Assembly: GCA_027460535.1 (NCBI GenBank)
Contig: JAPZAR010000010.1
Span: 1-32,000, forward strand
Length of the DNA: 32,000 nucleotides
Direction of reading: 5' to 3'
Origin: Candidatus Methanoperedens sp.
GTDB taxonomy: Archaea; Halobacteriota; Methanosarcinia; Methanosarcinales; Methanoperedenaceae
Part shown: in pieces, positions 24,492 to 32,000 of the stretch
How the letters are laid out: each line of letters opens with the position of its first letter
Position numbering within the stretch: the stretch's first letter is position 1
Translations under genes and position numbers: made by a program
The notes under the pieces: model-generated
What the model was told of the DNA's origin: nothing
Database searches by the model: none
Seen by the model: the letters and a program-made list of their open reading frames with translations, nothing else

Positions 24492-25703
24492 TTAAACGAA
24501 CATCCCTGCAACTTCTTCTTTTGTTTCTTTGACTATCATCTTGTTATAGGCGTCCTTGAAGTCTGACATTGTGACGGCTTTACCTTTTCGCCTGATTACA
24601 AACATTCCTGCCTCGGTGACGATTGCCTTTAGATCGGCCCCGCTTAAACCTTCAGTCAATTCCACAAGTTCATTCAGGTCAACGTCCTCCAGCTTCATAT
24701 TTCGTGATTGTATCTTGAATATTTCCAGGCGCCCTTCAGCATTCGGCAGGGGTATCTCTATTATCCTGTCAAACCTTCCGGGCCGCAATAGTGCCGGATC
24801 AAGAAGATCGATGCGGTTCGTAGCCGCAACGATTTTAACATCCCCGCGCTTATCGAAGCCATCGAGTTCTGCAAGCAACTGAACCATGGTCCTGTTGACT
24901 TCGGAAGAGCCGGTGGTGCCGTCGTAAGTTCGCCGGCTTCCAACGGCATCTATCTCATCAATAAAAACGATACTCGGGGCTTTTTCACGTGCAATATCGA
25001 ATACATCTCTTACAAGCCTTGCTCCCTCTCCGATGTATTTTTGAACAAGCTCTGTCCCGCTCATCCTGATAAAAGTGGCCTTAGCCCTGTGCGCCACGGC
25101 TTTGGCAATGAGTGTTTTTCCTGTACCGGGAGGGCCGTAAAGCAGGATGCCATGAGGGGGTTCGATCCCAACTTCAATAAAAAGCTCAGGATTTGTTAGG
25201 GGAAGCTCAAGGGTTTCGATAACTTCCTCTATCTGCTTCTGCAGGCCGCCTATCATATTGTAATCGACGTCCGGGGCTTCTATCAGTTCCATCACGCGTG
25301 CCCTGACGTCGGCGGATCGTGAAAATACTTTGACGATTGAAAGATTTCCTGTAACAGCGACACGTCCTCCTGCTTCCATATCCGGCTTTATTTCATCGGG
25401 TATTTTTGTAATAATTTCCTGATTGCTGCCATGCTGCCTTAACAGCGCCATATCATCAAAAAGTTCCACTACGGTGCAGATGAACAGGGGCGGTTTCTTC
25501 AACTGCTCAATCTGCTTCTGATAATCCTGTATCGTTTGAACATATTTATTATTCAGAACGGCTGCCTCAAGTAATCGCGAATGCATCTCCTTTATCTGGT
25601 TTTTAAGGGATTCTACGGTCTCCTGCAATTCTTTTAATTCAATCTCGCCATCGTTTTTTATTGCGCTGCCCACAGCAGGACTTTTTGCCATTGCATCTTC
25701 CAT
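24492..25703 (-). CDS. pan: Proteasome-activating nucleotidase (AAA+ ATPase PAN)
   Basis: The protein has an N-terminal coiled coil, an OB region, Walker A GPPGTGKTL, Walker B IVFIDEID, and the second region of homology ATNR.D.LDPALLRPGRFDR. The C-terminus reads ...GMFV. Confidence 0.95.
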   Translation of the reverse strand: MEDAMAKSPAVGSAIKNDGEIELKELQETVESLKNQIKEMHSRLLEAAVLNNKYVQTIQDYQKQIEQLKKPPLFICTVVELFDDMALLRQHGSNQEIITKIPDEIKPDMEAGGRVAVTGNLSIVKVFSRSADVRARVMELIEAPDVDYNMIGGLQKQIEEVIETLELPLTNPELFIEVGIEPPHGILLYGPPGTGKTLIAKAVAHRAKATFIRMSGTELVQKYIGEGARLVRDVFDIAREKAPSIVFIDEIDAVGSRRTYDGTTGSSEVNRTMVQLLAELDGFDKRGDVKIVAATNRIDLLDPALLRPGRFDRIIEIPLPNAEGRLEIFKIQSRNMKLEDVDLNELVELTEGLSGADLKAIVTEAGMFVIRRKGKAVTMSDFKDAYNKMIVKETKEEVAGMFV

Positions 25704-25782
25704 ACGGGTTATATTTCGGGCTTATTACATATAAACATTAGGTGGATACATTTATCATCTACCAGCCAAATTAACCCGTTCC

Positions 25783-26322
25783 ATGAAACTTATTGCATTT
25801 GTCGGCATGCCGGCTTCCGGAAAATCGGAAGCGGCAGCTGTAGCAAGGCGCCTATCCATCCCTGTAGTCAGCATGGGCGATATTGTAAGACAGGAGGCTG
25901 CAAAGAGCGGACTGTCTCCCACAGACGAGAACCTTGGCGGAACGGGGACAAAGTTGCGCAGGGAAGAAGGAATGGATGCAATTGCAAAACGCTGTGTTCC
26001 TGTAATACGCTCGCATGACTCTCCTGTCGTAGTGGTTGATGGCACACGGAATATTGAGGAAATTAATTATTTCAAAAAGGAATTTGGGAGCGATTTTCTC
26101 CTTATAGCGATCCAGGCACCGTTCGAACTGCGGTTCGAAAGGGTAAAAACCCGTGTGCGTTCTGACGATATGTGCAGCGTTGAGGAATTAAGAAAACGCG
26201 ATGAGCGCGAAAAGGGCTGGGGACTGGACAAGGCGATCGAAATAGCGGAAGTAAGTGTCAATAATACCGCATCCCTTCAAAAATTCCGCAAAGAAATAGA
26301 AAAAAAGCTCCGGATCTTATGA
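25783..26322 (+). CDS. P-loop nucleotide kinase-like protein (UPF0200 / dephospho-CoA-kinase-like family)
   Basis: The P-loop is GMPASGKS at residues 8-15, and the adenylate-kinase-like size is 179 aa. Its stop overlaps the next start in ATGA. Confidence 0.65.
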   Translation: MKLIAFVGMPASGKSEAAAVARRLSIPVVSMGDIVRQEAAKSGLSPTDENLGGTGTKLRREEGMDAIAKRCVPVIRSHDSPVVVVDGTRNIEEINYFKKEFGSDFLLIAIQAPFELRFERVKTRVRSDDMCSVEELRKRDEREKGWGLDKAIEIAEVSVNNTASLQKFRKEIEKKLRIL

Positions 26323-26741
26323 ACGTAATCGTAAGGATCTCTGCATTAGTCTATCCAACTGAGATTGAAGAAAAAGTTAGTACCGCCATAACAAATTTAT
26401 TTCCTGTGATATTACAGCGGCAGGATTTTGGGACGCCGCGTCTTTACGGCGAGGGGGACATTGAAAGCCTAAGACGGCTGCATCGCCTTTTAAGAGAGGA
26501 GCAGGTGCTCGATACGGCGCGTCACATTCTTCTTTCGGGCATTGAAGGGAATGCCACGCAATTTAGATTGAATAAACAGGTCGCTTTCGTGGGAAAATTG
26601 AATTTTCCTTCCGGAGAGGAGAGCCTGGGTTCAATATATGTTGAGTTATGTGCAGATAATGAAAAAGACCTTATGAAAATTATCGACTGGCTTGCGCCTG
26701 AGACAGTTGAAGGTGAACCAGTTGTGGAGATTGAACTTTAA
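26319..26741 (+). CDS. DUF54/PF01877-like predicted RNA-binding protein (UPF0201-type)
   Basis: The 140-aa product has an N-terminal pattern V.I.A.V.PTE.EEKV..AI.NLF, like 22466-22885. It sits in the conserved position after the UPF0200 kinase. Confidence 0.55.
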   Translation: MNVIVRISALVYPTEIEEKVSTAITNLFPVILQRQDFGTPRLYGEGDIESLRRLHRLLREEQVLDTARHILLSGIEGNATQFRLNKQVAFVGKLNFPSGEESLGSIYVELCADNEKDLMKIIDWLAPETVEGEPVVEIEL

Positions 26742-27721
26742 TGAGTTTTTCACAATACCTGGCCGCAAGGGAATACCTAGCTTTCATAGGTCAGCCTCTA
26801 ATCACTTATATTTTGATATTGTCTTTGTTTCAGATTTTTTTTTCCATACTATACTTCGTGAAAAAAAAGGCATATTCTGATTATTTAGTAAAATGTCTGT
26901 ACATTAACACCGCTCTCTATGTCCTTGGTTTTATTTTTCTAATCTGGTTCCACATACAAATATACACTGCTGTTTTGATCGAATATCCGGCGATTTTGAG
27001 GCAGATGATACCTGTTGAGAACAGCAGGTTTGTCATACCATTGTGGATAGAATCTGAAAAACTGTATTTTTGGGCGATGACGACCTCGATCTTTGCAATG
27101 ACAATCCGAAGGAAAGACATCATTTCCTTTCTTAGCCTGGTATTGGCTCTTTTTTCGATAATAATTTATTTTTTCTCAAATCCTTTTAAAGACCCTCTAC
27201 CGATACTGAACAGCGAAATTACTGCGTGGTATGCCGGCCAGGTTTCAGGAGATGTGAGCATCTTTCAAATCGCTGGAACCCTTTATGGGCGCATAGAATA
27301 TTACTATAATTCAACCTATATGTGGCTTCATCCGCCAATGCTGTTCATCGCATATGCATCACTCATAATTACCTTTGCAGCATGCGTTTACATGCTGTTG
27401 CGCCGTGACACGCTATATGATGATATCGCGTACGGGTTTGCAAAGCCGGGCTACATTTTGCTTACGATGGGAATGCTCATAGGCTATCCATGGGCTGTCG
27501 AAGCTTGGAAAGACAGCGCCTGGTGGTGGGACCCCAAAATCAGCGGCTCTATCATGATGTGGGTGCTTTACAGCGCATACCTGCATGCTCACATATATGT
27601 AGGTAAAGCAAAAATGTGGAACGTTACTGCCTGCCTTGGCATAATCTGTTTTGCATCATTGATATTTACGTATCTGCTCACTTATATCGTCCCGGGAATA
27701 CACTCGGTGGTGCAGCCATGA
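26741..27721 (+). CDS. Cytochrome c biogenesis heme-handling membrane protein (CcsA/CcmF/CcmC family, WWD motif)
   Basis: The polytopic membrane protein carries the Trp-rich motif AWKDSAWWWDPKISGS followed by ...YSAYLHAH. Compare the CcsA pattern WG.YW.WDPKE....W..Y...LH. Its start overlaps the upstream stop in TAATG. Confidence 0.7.
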   Translation: MSFSQYLAAREYLAFIGQPLITYILILSLFQIFFSILYFVKKKAYSDYLVKCLYINTALYVLGFIFLIWFHIQIYTAVLIEYPAILRQMIPVENSRFVIPLWIESEKLYFWAMTTSIFAMTIRRKDIISFLSLVLALFSIIIYFFSNPFKDPLPILNSEITAWYAGQVSGDVSIFQIAGTLYGRIEYYYNSTYMWLHPPMLFIAYASLIITFAACVYMLLRRDTLYDDIAYGFAKPGYILLTMGMLIGYPWAVEAWKDSAWWWDPKISGSIMMWVLYSAYLHAHIYVGKAKMWNVTACLGIICFASLIFTYLLTYIVPGIHSVVQP

Positions 27722-28320
27722 GATTTTTCAAGAATTACGACTATTATTTGATCATCCTGACAACGCTTATCCTTTTTGCGATAGGGTTGGTATGTGTTTA
27801 CGGCATTGCTTATTATAATTACCTCTCAGTGAACCCGGGGTGGACAAAAACGATTCAATATGACCAGTATCTAAATCAAATGAATTCATATCTATATCCT
27901 TTTTTAGTTATGCTTCTATTGTCTTTGGGTCTTTGTATACCGAAAAGGCTTTTCGAGCAGGATGTACTCATAAAATTCAGCGTTATAATCATGGGAGTTA
28001 CAGTTTTTTTGACTTTCTCACTGGGTATTGATAAGGGATTGTTTTTCGTACTTGCAACAATGACAGTGGTACAGTTCATTGTCCTTGCGTTAACCCTTAA
28101 AAGAAGCAAGGTGATCAGGATTGAAAAACAAAGGTATATCGGCAGGCTGGGATCAGCGCTCCTGCATCTTGGGCTTGTCATACTGATCCTTGATTTTGTG
28201 GGCCTGAGAGAAAGCTATCTCCATATTTCAATATTCTGGATAGGGGTGATATTGATCTCAGTTGGCAACATTTTCTCTTTTTATCCCGATAGAATAACCT
28301 CGTTCCTGCATACTGGATAA
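27718..28320 (+). CDS. Polytopic membrane protein (about 200 aa), possibly a partner of the CcsA-like protein
   Basis: ATG at 27718 overlaps the upstream TGA in ATGA. There are five or six hydrophobic helices. The track start at 27616 lies inside the upstream gene and is unlikely. Confidence 0.5.
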   Translation: MRFFKNYDYYLIILTTLILFAIGLVCVYGIAYYNYLSVNPGWTKTIQYDQYLNQMNSYLYPFLVMLLLSLGLCIPKRLFEQDVLIKFSVIIMGVTVFLTFSLGIDKGLFFVLATMTVVQFIVLALTLKRSKVIRIEKQRYIGRLGSALLHLGLVILILDFVGLRESYLHISIFWIGVILISVGNIFSFYPDRITSFLHTG

Positions 28321-28371
28321 CCCGTATTGTAATGACATAATATAAATATTGCAATACCTAATTAGTGTGCG

Positions 28372-29103
28372 ATGGAAACCATTCTGGAATACGGGATAAA
28401 GAAGGTCAGGCCCACAGTAAGAATGCTGTTTGAAATGAAAGACGTCATTTACGATAAGGAATGGCTTTCCAGGGCGAACGATTTTGAATTATATTACATG
28501 TATCGCGAGTTGTCACTGAGTAAAAATGATGCGATAACAATGAGAGAACATGGACTGAGGTATGATATTACGGTCATTCCGCCGCGGATGTTGGGATGCG
28601 AATTCGTGAAAACGGCTGGGCATTATCATCCAATAGTACCAGGGACCGATATAACATTTCCAGAAATATATGAAGTCTTGAGCGGGGAAGCAAATTATAT
28701 GATGCAGAGATCAGAAGATGATAAAATAAAAGATGTTATAATGATAAGAGCAAAACAGGGGGATAAAGTTGTTATCCCTCCGGGTTACGGCCATCTTACT
28801 ATCAATGCATCGAACAGAATACTTAAAATGGCTAACTGGGTTGCTACGGATTTTGAATCGATATATTCACCGATGAAGGAGAAGGGGGGTGGAGCATATT
28901 ATCAGCTTCAACAGGGGATGATTAAGAACCCCCGTTATGATCATGTGCCAGAGATACGTTTTTTTGGCCCCACAAATTTAAAGGAACTGGGATTTACAAG
29001 AAATAAGGAGATGTACGGGCTTGTGAGGGATATCAGGAAACTTGAGTTTTTAACAAGACCTCAGGATTACGGATTGTTGTTTGAAGAAATATACGGGATG
29101 TGA
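28372..29103 (+). CDS. pgiA: Cupin-type glucose-6-phosphate isomerase (archaeal cPGI family)
   Basis: The cupin motifs TAGHYHP......PEIYEVLSGEA and IPPGYGHLTIN parallel the Pyrococcus cPGI motifs T.GHFH...EVY and VPP.WAHRT.N. Confidence 0.65.
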   Translation: METILEYGIKKVRPTVRMLFEMKDVIYDKEWLSRANDFELYYMYRELSLSKNDAITMREHGLRYDITVIPPRMLGCEFVKTAGHYHPIVPGTDITFPEIYEVLSGEANYMMQRSEDDKIKDVIMIRAKQGDKVVIPPGYGHLTINASNRILKMANWVATDFESIYSPMKEKGGGAYYQLQQGMIKNPRYDHVPEIRFFGPTNLKELGFTRNKEMYGLVRDIRKLEFLTRPQDYGLLFEEIYGM

Positions 29104-29158
29104 CCACGTTCTTACCCTATAGCGACCGTAAATATTAATAGGAAATAATGTCTATTAG

Positions 29159-29473
29159 GTGGAGATGAGTGAAATAGAGGCATTTGACTCAACCGGGAGC
29201 CCTTTGCAGGTGGGAAGCGTTGTGCTCTACAGTGCAACAGGGACAAAAGGCACTGTTACTGAAATAATGTCTGATAAGGACGGGACGTGGGCTCTTATCG
29301 ACAAGACCAACCTCTATTATAAAACCGAAGTCCTGGAAACTGTAAGGAGAATTGAAGATAAAGAACTCCTGGAAAAAGAATTCACTCGTGAAGAAATAAG
29401 TGAAACGTTGGAAAAGCATAAGGAAGCCTCTAAAGCGGAAATGAGTGACGTCAGCTTGGAGAGCGGCGGTTAA
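29159..29473 (+). CDS. Small acidic hypothetical protein (beta-rich N-terminal half, Glu/Lys-rich C-terminal helix); resembles the methanogen DUF2098-type proteins as I recall them
   Basis: The 104-aa product includes VGSVVLYSATGTKGTVTEI..DKDGTWALIDKTNLYYK. The start is GTG at 29159 or ATG at 29165. Confidence 0.45.
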   Translation: MEMSEIEAFDSTGSPLQVGSVVLYSATGTKGTVTEIMSDKDGTWALIDKTNLYYKTEVLETVRRIEDKELLEKEFTREEISETLEKHKEASKAEMSDVSLESGG

Positions 29474-29765
29474 ATATATATTAAAAGTTACAACCGAAGA
29501 GCAAAAAGCATGAGGCGTCGCCTTGATTTAGTTTATAACGTATTATCATGATTGATTCGCAAACTTTAAGTACTTTAAGTGAATAGGTATGGGATACAAG
29601 GGATTGTAATGGTAGAACGATGCAATAAAAAACAATATTCTGGAGTTAAATAGGACTGAAGTATCTTTTTTTGAGTTCTATACTCTGAATGTTGTTCTTC
29701 GCTCTTGTTGTGTCGCTACCAAGTGATCAATTTCTTGGGAAACAAAAAATAGGAGGTAAATAAAC
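29474..29765 (+). promoter_or_regulatory. mcr operon upstream region (promoter plus probable long leader)
   Basis: This is a 292-nt AT-rich non-coding stretch. TATA-like tracts occur at about 29476-29488 and 29565-29580. ACTTTAAGT is tandemly duplicated at 29563-29580. The Shine-Dalgarno sequence AGGAGGT at 29751-29757 lies 8 nt before the mcrB GTG. Confidence 0.5.
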
Positions 29766-31070
29766 GTGGCTGACACAATAGACCTATATAGCGACAGAGG
29801 AGCAAAACTTCAATCAGGCGTGGACCTAAGTGCCATAAGCCCAATGAAGAATGCCGCTATTAAGAAAATAGTCACCGGTATAAAGCGAACAGCAGCCGTT
29901 GACTTAGCAGGAATCGAGAAAACCTTAGCAACCTCAGCAATTGGTGGCAAGGGCAGAAAGATTCCCGGAAGAGAAATGAAATTGGACATTGTAAAGAATG
30001 CAGCGAAGATCCAGAGTGCAGTTGCCGACATGATAAAGGTAGAGAACGGCGACGACACCAATGTAGAATCCTTGAACGGTGGAAAACAGCTCATTGTTCA
30101 GGTGCCTTCCCAGAGGATCGATGTAGCAGCAGAGTATGTATCATCACTGACCTGCTCAGCATCAGCAGTAACACAGGCTATCATAACCCAGTTCAATATC
30201 GGAATGTTCGATGCACCAACCATCAAGTCCGCAGTCTGGGGACAGTACCCGCAGACCCTTGATATGGTCGGCGGAAACGTAAAGTCCATCGTCGAAATCC
30301 CACAGAAAGATGAAGGCTTTGGTTATACGCTCAGAAACGTCATGGCAAACCACCTTGCAGCAACCTGTAAGTTCAATGCTATGAACACAGCAGCTCTTTG
30401 CTCGATCCTTGAGAACACCGGTGTCTTCGAAATGGGAGACGCAATCGGTATCCAGGAAAGACATAGATTACTGGCATTCTCACACCAGGGCTTGAATGCA
30501 AACAACATGGTATATGGAACTGTAAAAGCCCTGGGCAAGACAGGTACCATCGGTACAGCTGTGCATGCATGCGTCGAAAAGGCAATTGCAGATAAGGTTA
30601 TCAGCGCAGATAAGAAATTTGCATCTGGCTATACAACCTACAAGACCAATGATGTCGGAAAGTGGAATGCATATTGTGCAGCAGGCACAATGGTTGCAAC
30701 ACTTATCAACTGCGGTGCAATGAGGGCCCCACAGTCAGTATCAGCAGTATTGCTGTATTTCAACGACCTCATTGAGAAAGAGACCTCACTGCCAGGTTGC
30801 GACTTTGGTAAGGTAGAGGGTGCAGCGGTCGGATTCTCCTTCTTCTCACACTCCATATACGGAGGCGGAGGACCTGGAGTCTTCAACGGCAATCACGTCG
30901 TTACCAGACACTCAAAGGGTCTTGCAGTACCATGCGTAGCAGCAGCAGTTGCTCTTGACGCAGGTGTGCAGATCTACAGCCCGGCAAAGACCTCTCAGCT
31001 CGTAGGAGATGTCTTCAGCTCAGTCGATGAATTCAGAGAGCCGATCAAGGCTGTAGCGGGGGCCGTATAA
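29766..31070 (+). CDS. mcrB: Methyl-coenzyme M reductase beta subunit
   Basis: The 434-aa product is collinear with Methanosarcina McrB as I recall it: M.DT.D.Y.DRG..L, SAVWG.YPQT.D..GGNV, GFSFFSHSIYGGGGPGVFNGNHVVTRHS, FREPIKAVAG. The start is GTG. Confidence 0.97.
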   Translation: MADTIDLYSDRGAKLQSGVDLSAISPMKNAAIKKIVTGIKRTAAVDLAGIEKTLATSAIGGKGRKIPGREMKLDIVKNAAKIQSAVADMIKVENGDDTNVESLNGGKQLIVQVPSQRIDVAAEYVSSLTCSASAVTQAIITQFNIGMFDAPTIKSAVWGQYPQTLDMVGGNVKSIVEIPQKDEGFGYTLRNVMANHLAATCKFNAMNTAALCSILENTGVFEMGDAIGIQERHRLLAFSHQGLNANNMVYGTVKALGKTGTIGTAVHACVEKAIADKVISADKKFASGYTTYKTNDVGKWNAYCAAGTMVATLINCGAMRAPQSVSAVLLYFNDLIEKETSLPGCDFGKVEGAAVGFSFFSHSIYGGGGPGVFNGNHVVTRHSKGLAVPCVAAAVALDAGVQIYSPAKTSQLVGDVFSSVDEFREPIKAVAGAV

Positions 31071-31084
31071 ATTCGGAGAATTGA

Positions 31085-31606
31085 ATGGTAAAAACTGCTT
31101 CAGTCACGGATAAACCCATCCAGGTAAAGGTATTTCCAAAACGATTATTACTGCCAGAGACCGCTGAGAGAGCCTTGAATGAGATCGATCAGGTCAAGGG
31201 TGTAATAAGAATGCTCATAAATGGCAAAAATCTGCCAAGAAAGGTCACAAGTGGACCCGGTACAGGTACAGACGTAAACCATCCCGAAAGGAAAATAATC
31301 CATGTAGGGGAATGTGCATTGGAATTGCATATTATAGTGGGAGAGATATTAGTCGAAGTTGAAGATGAAAGTGCTGTAGAGGGGGTCAGAAAAGCGTGTG
31401 AGCGAGCGTTTCCCTTCTCGTTTGAATTCAAGCGCGGGCACTTCATGAAGAGGAAACCGACTTTGACTGATTACGGCAAGTATGGGTTCAGGAGCAGGAC
31501 TGACGAGAGTATCAATCTTGAGGATGAACGCTTACTGGGCTTGATAGACCCACATGCAAATGCGGAAAGCAATCTTTGTGTAATTGACACAGAGGAAAAA
31601 CCTTGA
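31085..31606 (+). CDS. mcrD: Methyl-coenzyme M reductase operon protein D
   Basis: The 173-aa product shows IQV.VFP.R.L.PET.E..LN.I..V.GVIRMLI.G..LP and INHPERK, typical of McrD. It sits in the conserved position after mcrB. Confidence 0.9.
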   Translation: MVKTASVTDKPIQVKVFPKRLLLPETAERALNEIDQVKGVIRMLINGKNLPRKVTSGPGTGTDVNHPERKIIHVGECALELHIIVGEILVEVEDESAVEGVRKACERAFPFSFEFKRGHFMKRKPTLTDYGKYGFRSRTDESINLEDERLLGLIDPHANAESNLCVIDTEEKP

Positions 31607-31662
31607 GTTTATCTTTGGAAGAGCAGAAGGAACCGATTCAACCAAAATAAGGAGGAAAAAAT

Positions 31663-32000
31663 ATGGCTTATAAACCACAATACTACCCAGGCAATACCTC
31701 AGTTGCAAAGAATAGAAGAAAACACATGTCAGATGATGTTGAGAAACTGCGCGATATATCAGATGAGGACTTAACCGCACTTCTCGGACACAGAGCGCCC
31801 GGCTCGGACTATCCAAGCACCCATCCACCACTTGCGGAAATGGGAGAGCCGGATGATCCAGTAAGAGAGGTTGTTGAACCAACCCCAGGTGCAGCAGCAG
31901 GCGACAGGGTCAGATACTCACAGTTCTCTGACTCGATGTACAATGCGCCATCAACCCCATACTGGAGATCGTATCATGCAGCGATCAACTTCAGAGGAGT
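31663..32000 (+). CDS. mcrG: Methyl-coenzyme M reductase gamma subunit (5' partial, runs off the window)
   Basis: It is absent from the ORF track because no stop falls in the window. Manual translation gives MAYKPQYYPGNTSVAKNRRKHMSDDVEKLRDISDEDLTALLGHRAPGSDYPSTHPPLAEMGEP...PGAAAGDRVRY.QF.DSMYNAP.TPYWRSY.AAINFRG, which is near-identical in pattern to Methanosarcina McrG. GGAGG lies 7 nt upstream. Confidence 0.95.
   Translation, partial: MAYKPQYYPGNTSVAKNRRKHMSDDVEKLRDISDEDLTALLGHRAPGSDYPSTHPPLAEMGEPDDPVREVVEPTPGAAAGDRVRYSQFSDSMYNAPSTPYWRSYHAAINFRG

Noticed and set aside
1-32000. The window as part of a Borg-like or other extrachromosomal element of a methane-oxidising archaeon, or containing a CRISPR array or integrated provirus
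   Set aside because: Genes lie on both strands and include single-copy core functions (pgk, pan, rpl15e, tbp, ncsA, tRNAs). No regularly spaced repeat array, integrase, transposase or capsid/terminase-like gene was seen. Tandem repeats are few and short.

Overview
This 32-kb window looks like chromosomal DNA from a methane-metabolising archaeon of the Methanosarcinales / ANME-2 type. That placement is an inference from gene content. It rests on a partial mcr operon (mcrB-mcrD-mcrG) at the 3' end, archaeal TBP, PAN, ribosomal protein L15e, archaeal-type PGK, a cupin-type PGI, a CcsA-like cytochrome c maturation gene and archaeal-style tRNAs. All family calls come from motifs read by eye in the supplied translations; no database search was run.

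Gene order from left to right:
- a TRAM protein plus an untracked 57-aa CxxC zinc-ribbon gene
- a TIM-barrel sugar-phosphate isomerase/epimerase and an alpha/beta hydrolase
- a co-directional hydrolase island (2640-9761), described below
- convergent housekeeping genes: an NcsA/TtuA-like tRNA thiolase and a PIN-ATPase-KH protein
- tRNA-Gln, a TPR protein, and a KaiC/RecA-like protein with a destroyed Walker A motif
- an HExxH protein, pgk, TatD and a TPR membrane protein
- a toxin-antitoxin patch: an intact PIN/antitoxin cassette bracketed by about 110-bp direct repeats, plus a decayed HEPN-MNT pair
- tbp, rpl15e, a DUF54-like RNA-binding protein and tRNA-His
- a Zn-ribbon/TM/ligand-less cupredoxin protein and pan
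- a translationally coupled UPF0200-kinase / DUF54-like / CcsA-like / membrane-protein block
- cupin PGI, and then mcrBDG.

The hydrolase island is the most unusual region. It holds a 700-aa metallophosphoesterase with an internal hydrophobic hairpin, a single-HKD PLD/Nuc-like nuclease, a papain-like C1 peptidase with an adjacent chagasin-like inhibitor, an S8 subtilase with a Lys-Pro tail, and a protealysin-like M4 metallopeptidase with an adjacent emfourin-like inhibitor. None of these has a recognisable signal peptide.

I found no CRISPR array, rRNA, transposase or integrase.
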